From Pseudomonadota bacterium (GTDB lineage Bacteria > Myxococcota > JACRCW01 > JAFGSX01): DNA of 64,000 bases. Both the position numbers and the translations under genes were made by a program. This document shows, piece after piece, positions 49,045-59,342 of the stretch. The notes below the pieces were generated by a model that searched no databases, was not told where the DNA came from, and saw only the letters and a program-made list of their open reading frames with translations. Location of the stretch: contig JBDRCO010000101.1 in NCBI GenBank assembly GCA_043821645.1, forward strand, positions 1-64,000. Reading direction: 5' to 3'. Numbering within the stretch: the stretch's first letter is position 1; each line of letters begins with the position of its first letter.

Positions 49045-50484
49045 ATGAACACCGACGCACCGACCCTGACCGGCAAGAGCCGGCCCGTGGTTTTGCCACG
49101 GCTGCCTGTCCAGGACGCCCAAGCTGGAGCCGTGCCTGGTGGCTTGCGCATCGAACGCGCGGGGCACGCGCCCGTCGACATGGTACTGGATCCCGAACAG
49201 CGCTACCTGCTGGGACGCCATGACGCGGCGGACATCGGCTTTGCCGCGGCCGAGGTATCCAGGCTGCACGGCGTGCTGCGCGTGGTCGACGGCGTCTGGC
49301 ACTACGAGGACATGGGCAGCCACAATGGCAGCGTGCTCCGTCGCGCGGGGCATGCAAGCCAGGTCGCGCTGCAGGCCCGCGAGGCAATGGCTGTGGGTGT
49401 GGGTGACACCGTTGCCCTTGGCTGCGACGAGGCGCGGCTGCTGTTCGTGGAACGACCGCCACTGCCAGGTGTCCGGCACGACGCCACCGCCCGCTCTGAG
49501 ATCGCCCGGCTGTTCGAGAACAACCTGCAGGTGGCCGCGCGCACCCGGGTCCCAGTGTTCCTGCTCGGTCCGTCCGGCTGTGGCAAGACGAGGGCGGCCA
49601 GGCGCATCCACGATCTCGGCAGGTCCAGCGGGTCGTTTGTGCCGGTCAACTGCGCGCGCTTGCCCGCGGACCCCTCGGCCTTGCACAGCGAGCTGCTGGG
49701 GCACGTCAAGGGCGCCTACACCGGAGCCGAGGCCGATCGGACTGGCAGGTTGGTGCACGCCGACGGTGGGACCCTGTTTCTCGACGAGGTCGAGAGTCTC
49801 TCTCCGCTGGCCCAGGGCTTCTTGCTCGACGTGCTCGAGGGCAGCGGTGACCTGGCGCCCCTGGGCAGCCGGCGGCCCTTGCAGCAGGCTCCCATCTTCC
49901 GACTCCTCTCCGCGTCCAAGCGACCTCTGGGGGAGAGCACGCTGCGCGACGACCTGTGTGAGCGCCTGGCCGAGGGACATTTGTGGCGCGTACCGACGCT
50001 GGATCAGCGGCGCGAGGACATCCCGGGCTTGATCCGGGCCTTTGCCCGCGAGCAGAGCACCTTGCTGGGCGTCGAGGTGGAACTCGCCGAGGACACGGTC
50101 ACGCTGGCTGTCGGGGCGGACTGGCCCGGCCAGATCCGGCAGCTGCGGGCAGCCATCTACGTGCTGGCACAGTGGCTGGTGGCCCGTACCATGGTCGATC
50201 ACGCACCACCACGGCGGGTGCGCATCGAGCGCGTGCACCTGGTGCAACACCTGCGCGAGCGCGACGAGGCCTTTGGTCTGCGTCGAGACATCACATCCGA
50301 TTCCGCGGCGGACTCGCGCGAGCAGGCTCCAGCCCAGAAAGCAGACGCCCGCCGCCTCAGTGCCGCTCAACTTCGCGCCATCTTGCAGGAGTGTGCAGGC
50401 AACCGCAGCGAGGCAGCTCGCCGCCTCGGCATCGCGCGCAATACCCTGGCACGCAAGATTCGCGAGTTCGGGCTGGAGCCTTGA
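49045..50484 (+). CDS. FHA-domain sigma54-dependent Fis-family activator
   Basis: FHA (LGR, VSRLH, GSHNG), GPSGCGKT, GAYTGA, LFLDEV, WPGQIRQL, GNRSEAARRLGIARNTL. Confidence 0.93.
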   Translation: MNTDAPTLTGKSRPVVLPRLPVQDAQAGAVPGGLRIERAGHAPVDMVLDPEQRYLLGRHDAADIGFAAAEVSRLHGVLRVVDGVWHYEDMGSHNGSVLRRAGHASQVALQAREAMAVGVGDTVALGCDEARLLFVERPPLPGVRHDATARSEIARLFENNLQVAARTRVPVFLLGPSGCGKTRAARRIHDLGRSSGSFVPVNCARLPADPSALHSELLGHVKGAYTGAEADRTGRLVHADGGTLFLDEVESLSPLAQGFLLDVLEGSGDLAPLGSRRPLQQAPIFRLLSASKRPLGESTLRDDLCERLAEGHLWRVPTLDQRREDIPGLIRAFAREQSTLLGVEVELAEDTVTLAVGADWPGQIRQLRAAIYVLAQWLVARTMVDHAPPRRVRIERVHLVQHLRERDEAFGLRRDITSDSAADSREQAPAQKADARRLSAAQLRAILQECAGNRSEAARRLGIARNTLARKIREFGLEP

Positions 50485-50579
50485 GCTCTCCCGCGGCGGG
50501 CCGACCGTCCCCATGCTTCCGAGGGGTGAAGGCGTCGGGACCTGCGCCCGCCGCAGAGGGGACGAGCCGACCGTCCCCG

Positions 50580-50650
50580 AAAGAAAACGAAAACCCCGGA
50601 AGCCCTGGCCGCTGACGCGGGCGACTGGCGAGGTCGCGGACTTCCGGGGT
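50580..50650 (-). terminator. Branched intrinsic terminator
   Basis: Minus strand: 13-bp stem ACCCCGGAAGTCC/GGGCTTCCGGGGT enclosing two small hairpins, followed by TTTCGTTTTCTTT. Confidence 0.7.
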
Positions 50651-50755
50651 CGGTGATGCGCGCCCGTCCCGACCGCGGGACGTGATCGCGACGCGCAGGG
50701 TGACCAGTGCGCCGGGCCGTCGACGTGGCCGTGGCCACGCCGCCGCCGGGAGGCG

Positions 50756-50812
50756 CTAGGGCGCCATCACCTCACGTGCCTGTTGAACTGCGAACACTGG
50801 ATCACCTCCTTT
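50756..50812 (-). other. Extended Shine-Dalgarno (16-nt complement of the 16S 3' end) plus 13-codon sORF MFAVQQAREVMAP
   Basis: Minus strand AAAGGAGGTGATCCAG (50812-50797); GTG at 50797, TAG ending at 50756. Confidence 0.5.
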
Positions 50813-50995
50813 CCGGCGAGTGGCGCTGGGCGCCCGCCTCGTGGTCCGCACCCGAAGGTCGCCGCCGTCGCAACGCCCGGGTGTGCGCCGAAACCATCTT
50901 CGACTCGGGGCCGTGTCACCCCTGCCAACCAATGTACCCGTCGTCGGGCGGGCCTGCCATGTAGGTGTATCTTTTTTTGCCTGACAAGCACGCAG

Positions 50996-51856
50996 TCAGG
51001 TGCCTCGGCTGACCCTGGAAATGATCAGGCGCTTGACCGAGTCGCGCACGCGACCTGTCTTGGCCAGCTTGCGCAATTCGGTCTCGGGCAGCCGGCCCAG
51101 GAGCTTCTCCACCAGGTCCATGGGGACCTTTGGGTTGCAGATCAGATTGCGGACCACGCTGCTGTGGCGCAACCACTCGGTCCGGCTGCCGATGCGCTTG
51201 AGCAGCTCGGGCTCGAGGGTCGTCATCGCGGCCATGGCGGCCACCTCGTCGGAGGTGAGGCCGGGGTTGGCCAGAACGTACTGCTGTAGGTTGCGGTCTT
51301 GCAGCTTGAGCACGTGGCGCCGCGCAGCCAGCTGTCCGCGCTTGGCCACCATGATGCGGTCAGACACCGATAGACCGGGCCATTCGATCAGCAGTTTCTC
51401 GATGGGCCAGCCTGCCGGGCCCACCACCCCTGCCGGGCTGGGGTCTCGGTTGCTCGAGTCTGCCTGTGCCGGGTCGGTGCCGCTCCCATTGGCTGGCGAT
51501 GCCGCAGGTGGCTCCTCGCCCGACTCCGACTCCGGGTCCGGGAACTGCTGTGCCTCCATCCACGCGAGCACCGGTTCGAGGCCCCCGGTCCCGGGCTCGA
51601 CACCCTCTAGCAGCTCATCCACCAGGGCGGGTTCCAGCAAGCGAACCACCAGACCGCCGTCGGGCATGAGCTGCAGGACCTCGACCGCGAGCGCGCCAGT
51701 CGCATCGGGCAAGGTCACCTGGAGTTCCAGGCGTTCGAACTGCTTGACCTCGGGCGGGCCCTCGGCGGCTGGCAACAGCCACACCCCGCCCTGGCCCCGG
51801 CTGTCGACGAAGCGGCGCAGGTCCTCGAGGCTGTCACAGCGAAGCTGCAAGATCAT
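50996..51856 (-). CDS. Hypothetical protein with C-terminal helical domain (NPxxP repeats)
   Basis: LANPGL and LICNPKVP motifs; C-terminus aligns by eye with the kinase C-terminus. Confidence 0.75.
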   Translation of the reverse strand: MILQLRCDSLEDLRRFVDSRGQGGVWLLPAAEGPPEVKQFERLELQVTLPDATGALAVEVLQLMPDGGLVVRLLEPALVDELLEGVEPGTGGLEPVLAWMEAQQFPDPESESGEEPPAASPANGSGTDPAQADSSNRDPSPAGVVGPAGWPIEKLLIEWPGLSVSDRIMVAKRGQLAARRHVLKLQDRNLQQYVLANPGLTSDEVAAMAAMTTLEPELLKRIGSRTEWLRHSSVVRNLICNPKVPMDLVEKLLGRLPETELRKLAKTGRVRDSVKRLIISRVSRGT

Positions 51857-52060
51857 GCTCACCCCTCGAGTGTAGCAGGGTGGCCGATCCATAGCCCGGG
51901 TTCAGGCAAACGGCAGGCCCAACCACAGCGGTCGCACGGCGACGTACCCCGCCACCACGACGAGCCACAGTGCTGCAAGGGCCCAGCTTTGCCTGCAGCG
52001 CCCAGGTCCTAGACCAGCACGATCCATCCGAGCAAGGCTGGGTCCACGAATGGACACGGT

Positions 52061-53161
52061 TCAGCGCTCGACCGGGAGCCGTGAGCCGTCCGGTGCGCAT
52101 CCCATGCGCCGCAGGATCTGCTCGCCGGTCACGGCGACATCGACATCAAACCGCCCGTCCTCGTGCGGCTGCACGCGCGCCTGCTCCAGCAGTGAGGCGA
52201 GCTCGCTGTCGCCGTCGCGCGCGGCCTGCAGGCGCCAGGCTGCCAGGGCGCCACCCACGGTCCGGGCCAGGTCCCGTGCCTGTGAGGCATCTGTGGCCTG
52301 CAGATCCAGGCTCATGGCCACGTCGTCGTCGATACCCATGCGCACGGTGGCAGCGCTGAGCATGCCGCGCAGACGCTGGGCGACAGGGTCGGCTTCATCT
52401 TCGAGAAGCGCCTGCAGGAAGGCCGGGCCGAGCTCGCCATAGAGTTCTCCCGCGGCGTGCTCGAGCGAGGGCGACGGATCGCGCGGCATCGAGCCATCTA
52501 GCCGTTGCAGCGCCTGTTGCAGGGCAGGCAGCTCGCTGGCTGACAGCAGAAGGTTCTGGTCCACGATGGCAACGTATTCCTGCTCCGCCGCGGCGTCTCC
52601 ACTTTTGCCTTCGACCGGCAGCGTGTACAGCATGGTGCGCGCATCGAGCCGTTGCCCCTCGCCAAAGACCTCGGGGATGCGCAGGCTCTGGAAGTACCCG
52701 CTGACCGCGAACACATCTCGCGACAGCGCCACGCGGTCGATGTCGCGGTCCAGGTCCAGCCCGAAGTCCTCGCTGACCATGGCCAGACCGTTGCTGAGAT
52801 CGCTGCCTCCGCAGCGCATCATCCTGTCAAACAGCGCACTCTGGCTGATGGCGTTGAGCTCGATGAAGACGGCGCCGCCCGTGCCCGGGGCAAGCACGCT
52901 GCGTTCGAGGGCGTCGGCGGGCAGGGTCGAGCTGCTCCCCACCATCGGGCCACCGTCGCTGCGCGCTGCACGCGCCTCCTCTGGCTTGGCTCGCTGTCTC
53001 GGTGGTCGTTGCCGCGGGTACACGATCTCGCGCGCGGGAGGCTCCCCTTTCTTGACGGCGACGTTGCCAGTGCCCGGGCCCGAATCACAGCGCGCGATCC
53101 ACAGGGCGACACCGAGCAGGGCCACGGCCACGAGCAGGACAGGCCAGCGCGAGTGTCGCAT
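52061..53161 (-). CDS. Hypothetical membrane-anchored protein in ABC transporter operon
   Basis: N-terminal TM; starts 1 nt after the permease stop. Confidence 0.75.
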   Translation of the reverse strand: MRHSRWPVLLVAVALLGVALWIARCDSGPGTGNVAVKKGEPPAREIVYPRQRPPRQRAKPEEARAARSDGGPMVGSSSTLPADALERSVLAPGTGGAVFIELNAISQSALFDRMMRCGGSDLSNGLAMVSEDFGLDLDRDIDRVALSRDVFAVSGYFQSLRIPEVFGEGQRLDARTMLYTLPVEGKSGDAAAEQEYVAIVDQNLLLSASELPALQQALQRLDGSMPRDPSPSLEHAAGELYGELGPAFLQALLEDEADPVAQRLRGMLSAATVRMGIDDDVAMSLDLQATDASQARDLARTVGGALAAWRLQAARDGDSELASLLEQARVQPHEDGRFDVDVAVTGEQILRRMGCAPDGSRLPVER

Positions 53162-53162
53162 C

Positions 53163-53996
53163 TCAGTAGTCCTTTCCGCTGACCACGAAGACCGCCCCGG
53201 CGACCAGGGCTGCAGCCAGCACCAGGGCGCTCGCCACCGCCGGCGTCACCGCACTGTTCCACAGCTCGCCGCGACCGGCCGCCTCGGCACCCGCGGTGAC
53301 CATCCAGTGCAAGCGTGGCAAGGGCGTGATGATCACATCGACGGCGCTGCGTGCGAGACCAGGCTTGAACAGCGCCACGAAAGCAGCGCGGTCAGAAGCC
53401 ACGACACCCGCGATGAGCAGCAGCAGGCCGCAGCCCGCGGCGAGAGCTGGTGAGCGCACCAGCGAGGTCGCGAGCAACATGGCCGCGTACACCGGCAGAA
53501 AGCCCAGGATGGCCATGAGGGCACCTGCTGCGGGCGCCGCGGTGACGAAGCCGGTCTTGGCGAACAGCACGGCCGCCACGCCGCCCACGGCCACCAGCGT
53601 ACACAGCAAGCTGATCACGAGCACACCCGTGAACAGACCCAGCACCAGCTCGACGCGCCGCACCGGCAGCGACAGCAGCAGTTCGACCCGGCCCGGGGCG
53701 AGCATGCTGGCCGCGGTTCCCGAGGTGGCGACGATGCCAAACAGCAAGCCCAGGTAGAACATCGGATAGGCGAAGGCGGCGAAGATATCGCGCATGGCCA
53801 CGTCGAGGGGTACGATGGGATTGTGGAGCTGCAGGCCAAACAGCCGACCCGCTGCGAGGGTTCCCTCGACAACCTCCAGGTCCAGGGCCAGGGCCAGGGC
53901 GAGTACGCCCAGGGCGATGAAGCCCACCGCCGCCAGCATGAAGCGACGCGCAAAGGCCTCTCGCACCACGTCGCGCGCCAGGTTGGCGATGATCAT
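53163..53996 (-). CDS. ABC-2 type transporter permease
   Basis: Six TM helices, ELLLSLPVRR, C-terminal KDY. Confidence 0.85.
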   Translation of the reverse strand: MIIANLARDVVREAFARRFMLAAVGFIALGVLALALALDLEVVEGTLAAGRLFGLQLHNPIVPLDVAMRDIFAAFAYPMFYLGLLFGIVATSGTAASMLAPGRVELLLSLPVRRVELVLGLFTGVLVISLLCTLVAVGGVAAVLFAKTGFVTAAPAAGALMAILGFLPVYAAMLLATSLVRSPALAAGCGLLLLIAGVVASDRAAFVALFKPGLARSAVDVIITPLPRLHWMVTAGAEAAGRGELWNSAVTPAVASALVLAAALVAGAVFVVSGKDY

Positions 53997-54925
53997 GCGT
54001 CCTCCTGGACGAACTCGGCGAGCACCTGCTCGAGGTCGCGGACGCGCGGTGTCACCTCGACGACCTGCAAACCCAAACCGATGGCACGGGCCAGGGCCGC
54101 AGACAGCATCGCGGGATCATTGCCATCCAGAAGGAAGAGGGTGCCGTTCGCCTGCGCCGGATCGGCCCGGAAACCTGCCTGGCTCGCTCGCACCACCAGA
54201 TCGCTGGTCGCCGAGAAACGAACCGCCACGCAGTGCTCGTCGCGGAGTAGGTGCATGGGCCCGGACCTCACCACGCGACCTCGATGTGCAATGGCGACGT
54301 GGTCGCACAGCTTCTCGGTCTCGCTGAGCAGGTGGCTGTTGAGAAAGAGCGTGGCACCGCGGGCCAGGGCTTCGCGGAGCACCTCGCGGATGCGCGCCCG
54401 ACCCAGGGGATCGACGCCGTCGGTGGGCTCGTCGAGGAGCAGCAGTTCGGGTTGTCCCAGCAAGGCGATGGCCAGGCCCGTGCGCTGTACCATGCCCTTG
54501 CTGAAGGTCCCCACCCGGCGCTTCCAGGCGCTGCGCTCGAGCCCGACCTGGTCGAGCAGGTGAGGCACCTCGCGCTCGAGCTGTCCTGCACTCAAGCCCT
54601 TGAGGCGGCCCGCACTGCGCAGCACGTCGACGGCGCGCAGCATGGGCGCGAGCTGGAGGCGCTCGGGCAGGTAGCCGATACGGCGGCGGATGGCAGGATC
54701 GGCAGGATCACCGTCGAGGACCTGGACCCTGCCTGCGCTCGGGTGCACCAGCGAGAGCAGGATCTTGAGCAGGGTGGTCTTGCCGGCGCCATTGGGACCG
54801 ATGAACCCGAAGGAACTGCCACGAGGGACGGTGAGATCAAGGCCTTCGAGAGCTCGAACCGCTCCGTAGCGCTTGGCCAGGCCCACGACCGCGATGGCGT
54901 TGGTGGAGAGGTGCGAGCTGGTCAC
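53993..54925 (-). CDS. ABC transporter ATP-binding protein
   Basis: GPNGAGKTT, FSKGMVQR, LLLDEPT, LNSH; start re-assigned to GTG 54925. Confidence 0.93.
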   Translation of the reverse strand: MTSSHLSTNAIAVVGLAKRYGAVRALEGLDLTVPRGSSFGFIGPNGAGKTTLLKILLSLVHPSAGRVQVLDGDPADPAIRRRIGYLPERLQLAPMLRAVDVLRSAGRLKGLSAGQLEREVPHLLDQVGLERSAWKRRVGTFSKGMVQRTGLAIALLGQPELLLLDEPTDGVDPLGRARIREVLREALARGATLFLNSHLLSETEKLCDHVAIAHRGRVVRSGPMHLLRDEHCVAVRFSATSDLVVRASQAGFRADPAQANGTLFLLDGNDPAMLSAALARAIGLGLQVVEVTPRVRDLEQVLAEFVQEDA

Positions 54926-55309
54926 GTCTTTCTCTCTGGTCGCAGGCCCGGTGACGCGCCCTGTGCCCTCGGGCAGCGGCCAGGCCCAATCTATCAGGAA
55001 CCTCGCGTCGCGCATGCCCGGGGCGTGGAGCCAGGTCCCGTGCCGGACAGAGCGGCTTTTCAGTGGCGTGCGAGTGGATAGGTCTGGCATGAGCAGAGCG
55101 AGATCACGAAACGTGCCATCGCTCGGAATCGCCCGGTTAGGTGACCGTGCGTGCAGGACGTGGCGTCCCGCTTGCACCTTGGTGCTGCCGGAAGTGCGCG
55201 ATTTGCGCAGGGTGCAGCTCGCACTTAACCTGCCGCGCGGAGCTGGATAGGATGCCAGAGGTATCCTGGGCGACCCAAGCACATGCGCGGGTCGAGCAGG
55301 TCCAGGAGG

Positions 55310-57016
55310 ATGGCACAAGAAGAGATGAGCCCCGCGGATGACACGCTCCTCGACGACGAACCTGAGCGTCTGAGCACCTACGATGCTGTCAAGCTGCAGC
55401 ACGTGCTGAGCTCGACAGTGGCCAAGGCCAAGACCGGCGACCGCCAGGCTGTGGCCACGCTGGCGCGCATGCTGGCAGACCGGGAGGCTCGCGCCGGCTT
55501 CGACGAGGAGACCCGGAGCAAGATCGTCCGCAAGGCCTTCGACGGCCTGCGTACCGTCGACAAGCTGCTGGGCAAGAGCGAGATCCTGTCGCTGATCCTG
55601 GTCCTCGCCGAGAAGACCATCGCCGCCGACGTCGAGTCGCTGCTGACCTCGGCGGCCCGTGGCGGTGCGCAGCACGTTCTCCAGGCTCTGCGAGAGACTG
55701 CTCGCTCCGACGACCCGGCCCGGGAGGGCGCACTGCAAGTCCTGGCCCAGGTCCGATCCCAGCTCAACGACGGCGACTATGCCCTGATCGCCTGGGTGGG
55801 GCTGCGCACCGTGCTCGACACGCCTGCCACGCGCCTGATCCGGGAGACCGCGCTCGAGGGAAAGCCCGCGACTCTGGCGGCGCTCGAGAAGACCCTGCTC
55901 GCACCCAAGGAGGGGGGCGATGCCCTGCTTCCCTTCGCCAAGATGCGCGCGGCACGCTTGCTGTGCCAGAAGACCGAGCAGCTGAGGTCCGAGTGGCTGC
56001 CCCGCCTGGCGGAGCTCACCAGGACCGGGGACGCCAAGGACAGGGCCGCGCTCATGGAGGCTCTGGGTGCCGCGGCGACCCAGCAACCCCCCCTGGCCGG
56101 GGCTGCCCTGGCTTTTGTCGATGCCATCAAGGCCATTCCTCCCAAGGTGTCGTTCGACCGTCTGGAGGAATTGCGTGCGGTTGCGAGGTCGCACCTGGTT
56201 GCCGCCTTTGACGCCGCGGAGGAGGCGGGTGACCTCGAGGGCATGACCGTGCTGGCGCCACTCGCGATCCGCCGGGCCAAGGACGCTCGCATCGCCGTCA
56301 CCGCGGCGGAGCTGCTGTACCCCCTCGTGATGGAGGGGGATGTCGACGCCATTGCGGCCCTGGCCGAGACCGCAACGCGCCCCGTGGCCACCGCCGGCGA
56401 GGATGCCTGCAAGCTGGCCGTCAAGATGCTGGAGGCGGCTGCCAAGGCCGGACAGTCGGAGCTTGTGGTGCAGACCCTGGTCGACGAAGCCGGGCGTCGC
56501 GGTCAAAACGACGACGAGCGCGGTCTCGAGGCCCTGGGACGCACGGCCCGGCACCTGCCCGATCAGCATCAACTGCTCAAGCCCGCTCGCGCGGCCCTGC
56601 GTCGCGGCGTCAAGAATCTGCATCCCATGCGCACGCGCGGACATCTGAGCGCGCTGCGCGGCATGCTGGCTCTGGCCGACCGCCTGCGCGACCGCGACAT
56701 CGACACGCTGATGGATCACCTGGGTCCCCAGGCCGGTCAGGTGCTCGCCGCCGTGGTGCCTCGCCTGGCGCGGGAACAGCTCGAGGACATGCGCGCGACT
56801 CTGCGCCAGCGCCTCGACAAGGGTTTGATGGTCAAGGGCGCCTCCGAGGTGCTCGAGGCCATCGAGCCCGTGCTGGCCGCACCGCGTCGGGGGAGGTTGT
56901 CCGAGGCGCCCCCGGTCCTGCCTCGCAAGAGCAAGCGCAGCCCCCTCAAGCCGAGCGGCAAGAGCCTGTCGCAGATCCTGGAGGATACTGCCGAGGATGA
57001 CGATTCGACGGCGTGA
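55310..57016 (+). CDS. Hypothetical all-helical (HEAT-like) protein
   Basis: Long Ala/Leu-rich ORF with typical codon usage; AGGAGG near the start. Confidence 0.75.
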   Translation: MAQEEMSPADDTLLDDEPERLSTYDAVKLQHVLSSTVAKAKTGDRQAVATLARMLADREARAGFDEETRSKIVRKAFDGLRTVDKLLGKSEILSLILVLAEKTIAADVESLLTSAARGGAQHVLQALRETARSDDPAREGALQVLAQVRSQLNDGDYALIAWVGLRTVLDTPATRLIRETALEGKPATLAALEKTLLAPKEGGDALLPFAKMRAARLLCQKTEQLRSEWLPRLAELTRTGDAKDRAALMEALGAAATQQPPLAGAALAFVDAIKAIPPKVSFDRLEELRAVARSHLVAAFDAAEEAGDLEGMTVLAPLAIRRAKDARIAVTAAELLYPLVMEGDVDAIAALAETATRPVATAGEDACKLAVKMLEAAAKAGQSELVVQTLVDEAGRRGQNDDERGLEALGRTARHLPDQHQLLKPARAALRRGVKNLHPMRTRGHLSALRGMLALADRLRDRDIDTLMDHLGPQAGQVLAAVVPRLAREQLEDMRATLRQRLDKGLMVKGASEVLEAIEPVLAAPRRGRLSEAPPVLPRKSKRSPLKPSGKSLSQILEDTAEDDDSTA

Positions 57017-57214
57017 GCCGGGCGCGTCCTTGACCGGGAAAGATTCCGGGTTCGAATCCACCGCAGCAGGATTCCGCAAAAATGGGTGAGTGGACCTGGG
57101 GACCGACAGGATCGAGCGGTGGTGACGACGGGCCGGGAGAGTGAAGCGCCGCGCCTGCGAGTCTTGAAGGACGCGCAGCGGCGACGGCACGCGGGGTGGA
57201 TCTCGACACAGCGC

Positions 57215-58657
57215 TCAGCTCTCGATGCTCTCCGGCGGGGTGAAGAAGGCTGGACCGCGCACATCTGGATCGATGTGCCAGGATTGCTGCAGTGCAGGCA
57301 GCACCCGCTGTATGCAGCCGCTGTGCTGGCACAGGCGGCAGCTCGGCCCGACGGGTACTGCCGCCTTTGTGTCACCAAGGTTCACCACATCCGCGTACAC
57401 CAGCTCGGGAGCGTGCTCGATGCGGCAGCCCAGGCAGAGGGCGCGCTCGGCTAAGGCGTGTTCCGGGCCCCGAGCAGGCCCGGAGATCGTGCGCGCGACG
57501 TCGAGGTAAACCTGGCCGCTCTCCGCTCTCGACAGCTGCACACAAAAGCGCCCTGGCGTCAGGAAAGCCCGGTGCAGGCTCCAGCGCGGACAGGCCGCCC
57601 CATGGCGCGTCAAGGCACGGCCCGAGGCACTGAACCACTTGCTGAGATTGCCGGCGAGGTCGCCCCGGGCGAGGTGAAAAGGGATGCCTTCCTGGCCCGG
57701 GCGCTGCAGCGTGGTCAGCCGGTCACAGACCATCTCGAAGCTGGCGTCGAAGACATTCTGCAGCAGTTCGAGATCGTGACGACGGGAACGGGCGGCATCG
57801 AGGAAGGCCTGGTAGGGCATCAGCACGGCACCGGCGAAGTAGCTGGCGAGAACCTCGCGGCCGAGGTCGCGTGAGGCCTCGGTGGTCAGCGCGGGATCCT
57901 CGACCAGGCGCTGCATCAGGGCGCCCTGGGTGATCCGTGCGATGCGGTGCGCGAGCTGAAAACAGCGGTGGCTGCGGGGAAGAGACTCCGACAGCAGAAG
58001 CTGCCGATCGTTCGCCACGAAGCGCGCCAGCGCGCCCCCATCCTCGGCGGACGGAATGACATGAACGCGAACGCCGAGCTGTTCCTCGAGATGGTGCAGC
58101 AGTCCTTCGAGCAGCGAACTAGGGTGCAGCTTCGCCTCGCGCCACAGGGCCTCGGCCGCGTCCTCCAGCTCGGCAAAGTGATGGCGATGCTGCTGGATGA
58201 AGACCGGGACCTCCTCCGTCGGCAGTCCGGCAGGCGACGTTCCAGGAGAGGACAGCGCCTCAGCGACTCTGTGCGCCAGATGATCTCCCGTCTCCCTGTG
58301 CTCGCAGTAGGAGCGGAACAATCGCACCACTGCGTGGCTCAGGTTGGGGGCCGCAGCCACCATGTCCTTGATCTCCGAGCTGGCCAGCTCCAGGTTCTCG
58401 AACAGGGGGTCGCCAAACACCTCGAGCAGACCCTGGGTGAGCTGAACATCGTGGCCTGCCGCCAGCTGCGCGATGTCGAGCTGGAAATGCCCCGCCATCT
58501 TGATGAGAAGTGGAGCCGGCAGCGCGCGCCGTTCGTGTTCGATGAGGTTGAGGTAACTCGACGAGATGCCGAGTTGCTTGGCCAGTTCCGCCTGGGTGAC
58601 GCCCTGGCGTCGACGAAGCGCGCGGATCTTGCCTCCCAGGTGGCTGTTCTCGTCCAT
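57215..58657 (-). CDS. XRE-family short-chain fatty acyl-CoA regulator (RamB/PrpR/ScfR type)
   Basis: HTH TQAELAKQLGISSSYLNLIE; YFAGAVLMPY, RLTTLQRPG, AGNLSK, ACPRW, VGPSCRLC..C.QR. Confidence 0.92.
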   Translation of the reverse strand: MDENSHLGGKIRALRRRQGVTQAELAKQLGISSSYLNLIEHERRALPAPLLIKMAGHFQLDIAQLAAGHDVQLTQGLLEVFGDPLFENLELASSEIKDMVAAAPNLSHAVVRLFRSYCEHRETGDHLAHRVAEALSSPGTSPAGLPTEEVPVFIQQHRHHFAELEDAAEALWREAKLHPSSLLEGLLHHLEEQLGVRVHVIPSAEDGGALARFVANDRQLLLSESLPRSHRCFQLAHRIARITQGALMQRLVEDPALTTEASRDLGREVLASYFAGAVLMPYQAFLDAARSRRHDLELLQNVFDASFEMVCDRLTTLQRPGQEGIPFHLARGDLAGNLSKWFSASGRALTRHGAACPRWSLHRAFLTPGRFCVQLSRAESGQVYLDVARTISGPARGPEHALAERALCLGCRIEHAPELVYADVVNLGDTKAAVPVGPSCRLCQHSGCIQRVLPALQQSWHIDPDVRGPAFFTPPESIES

Positions 58658-58849
58658 GTGCGGTCTCCCGGAACAGGGGTCGTCCGTGAACTCTGAACGA
58701 CCCTCATGAGCAGTGCCATCATGGTCCCGGATCGCGGACCTGGGAACCGGGAACTCGGCCGCCTGGCCACGGGTGCCGATGGGTCGTTTTTGGCTCACGC
58801 AGCAGGCGACAGTGCGCTATCGTCCGCGGGTCGAGGCGGGGGGACAGTC

Positions 58850-59323
58850 ATGCAGCTGATCATCTGGTTGCGCCAGCAACACGACGAGTTGATGGTACTC
58901 CTGCTCGAGTACTCTCGCCTGCTGAGTGAGCGCGACGTGGCGCAGAGTTCGATGGAGCTGCGCGGTCTGATCACGCGCATCGCCGGGAAGCTGAAGATCC
59001 ACTACGCCATGGAAGACCACTCCCTGTACCAGCCTTTGCTCGCGCATCCCGATGCTGCGATCCGGGCGCTGGCGCGGAGCTTTCAAGCCGAGGTGGGTCA
59101 TCTGGCCGCAGCGTTCCAGGGCTTCCTCGATCGCTGGCCAAGCAGTGTCGCCATCCGTGCGGACGTCGACGGATTTCGCGCGGACAGCGAGGAGGTGATC
59201 AGCAGCGTGGTGTATCGCATCCTGCGCGAGAACGAGGAACTCTATCCCCCGGCTTCCCTGGCCATGGCCACCGAGACCGGGTCCGTCTATCAGCGCGTGC
59301 GGGCCACGCAGGGTTCCCGCTAG
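58850..59323 (+). CDS. Hemerythrin/HHE cation-binding domain protein
   Basis: LRQQH, LKIHYAMED..LY, RILRENEELYP. Confidence 0.8.
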   Translation: MQLIIWLRQQHDELMVLLLEYSRLLSERDVAQSSMELRGLITRIAGKLKIHYAMEDHSLYQPLLAHPDAAIRALARSFQAEVGHLAAAFQGFLDRWPSSVAIRADVDGFRADSEEVISSVVYRILRENEELYPPASLAMATETGSVYQRVRATQGSR

Positions 59324-59342
59324 GCCACGCCATCTCGTCGGC

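Noticed and set aside
50797-50812. 16S rRNA gene or remnant
   Set aside because: Only 16 nt match; the upstream sequence lacks the conserved GTAACAAGGTAGCCGTA region.
57049-57059. tRNA T-loop-like GGTTCGAATCC
   Set aside because: The flanks do not form a full T-stem, acceptor stem or cloverleaf.
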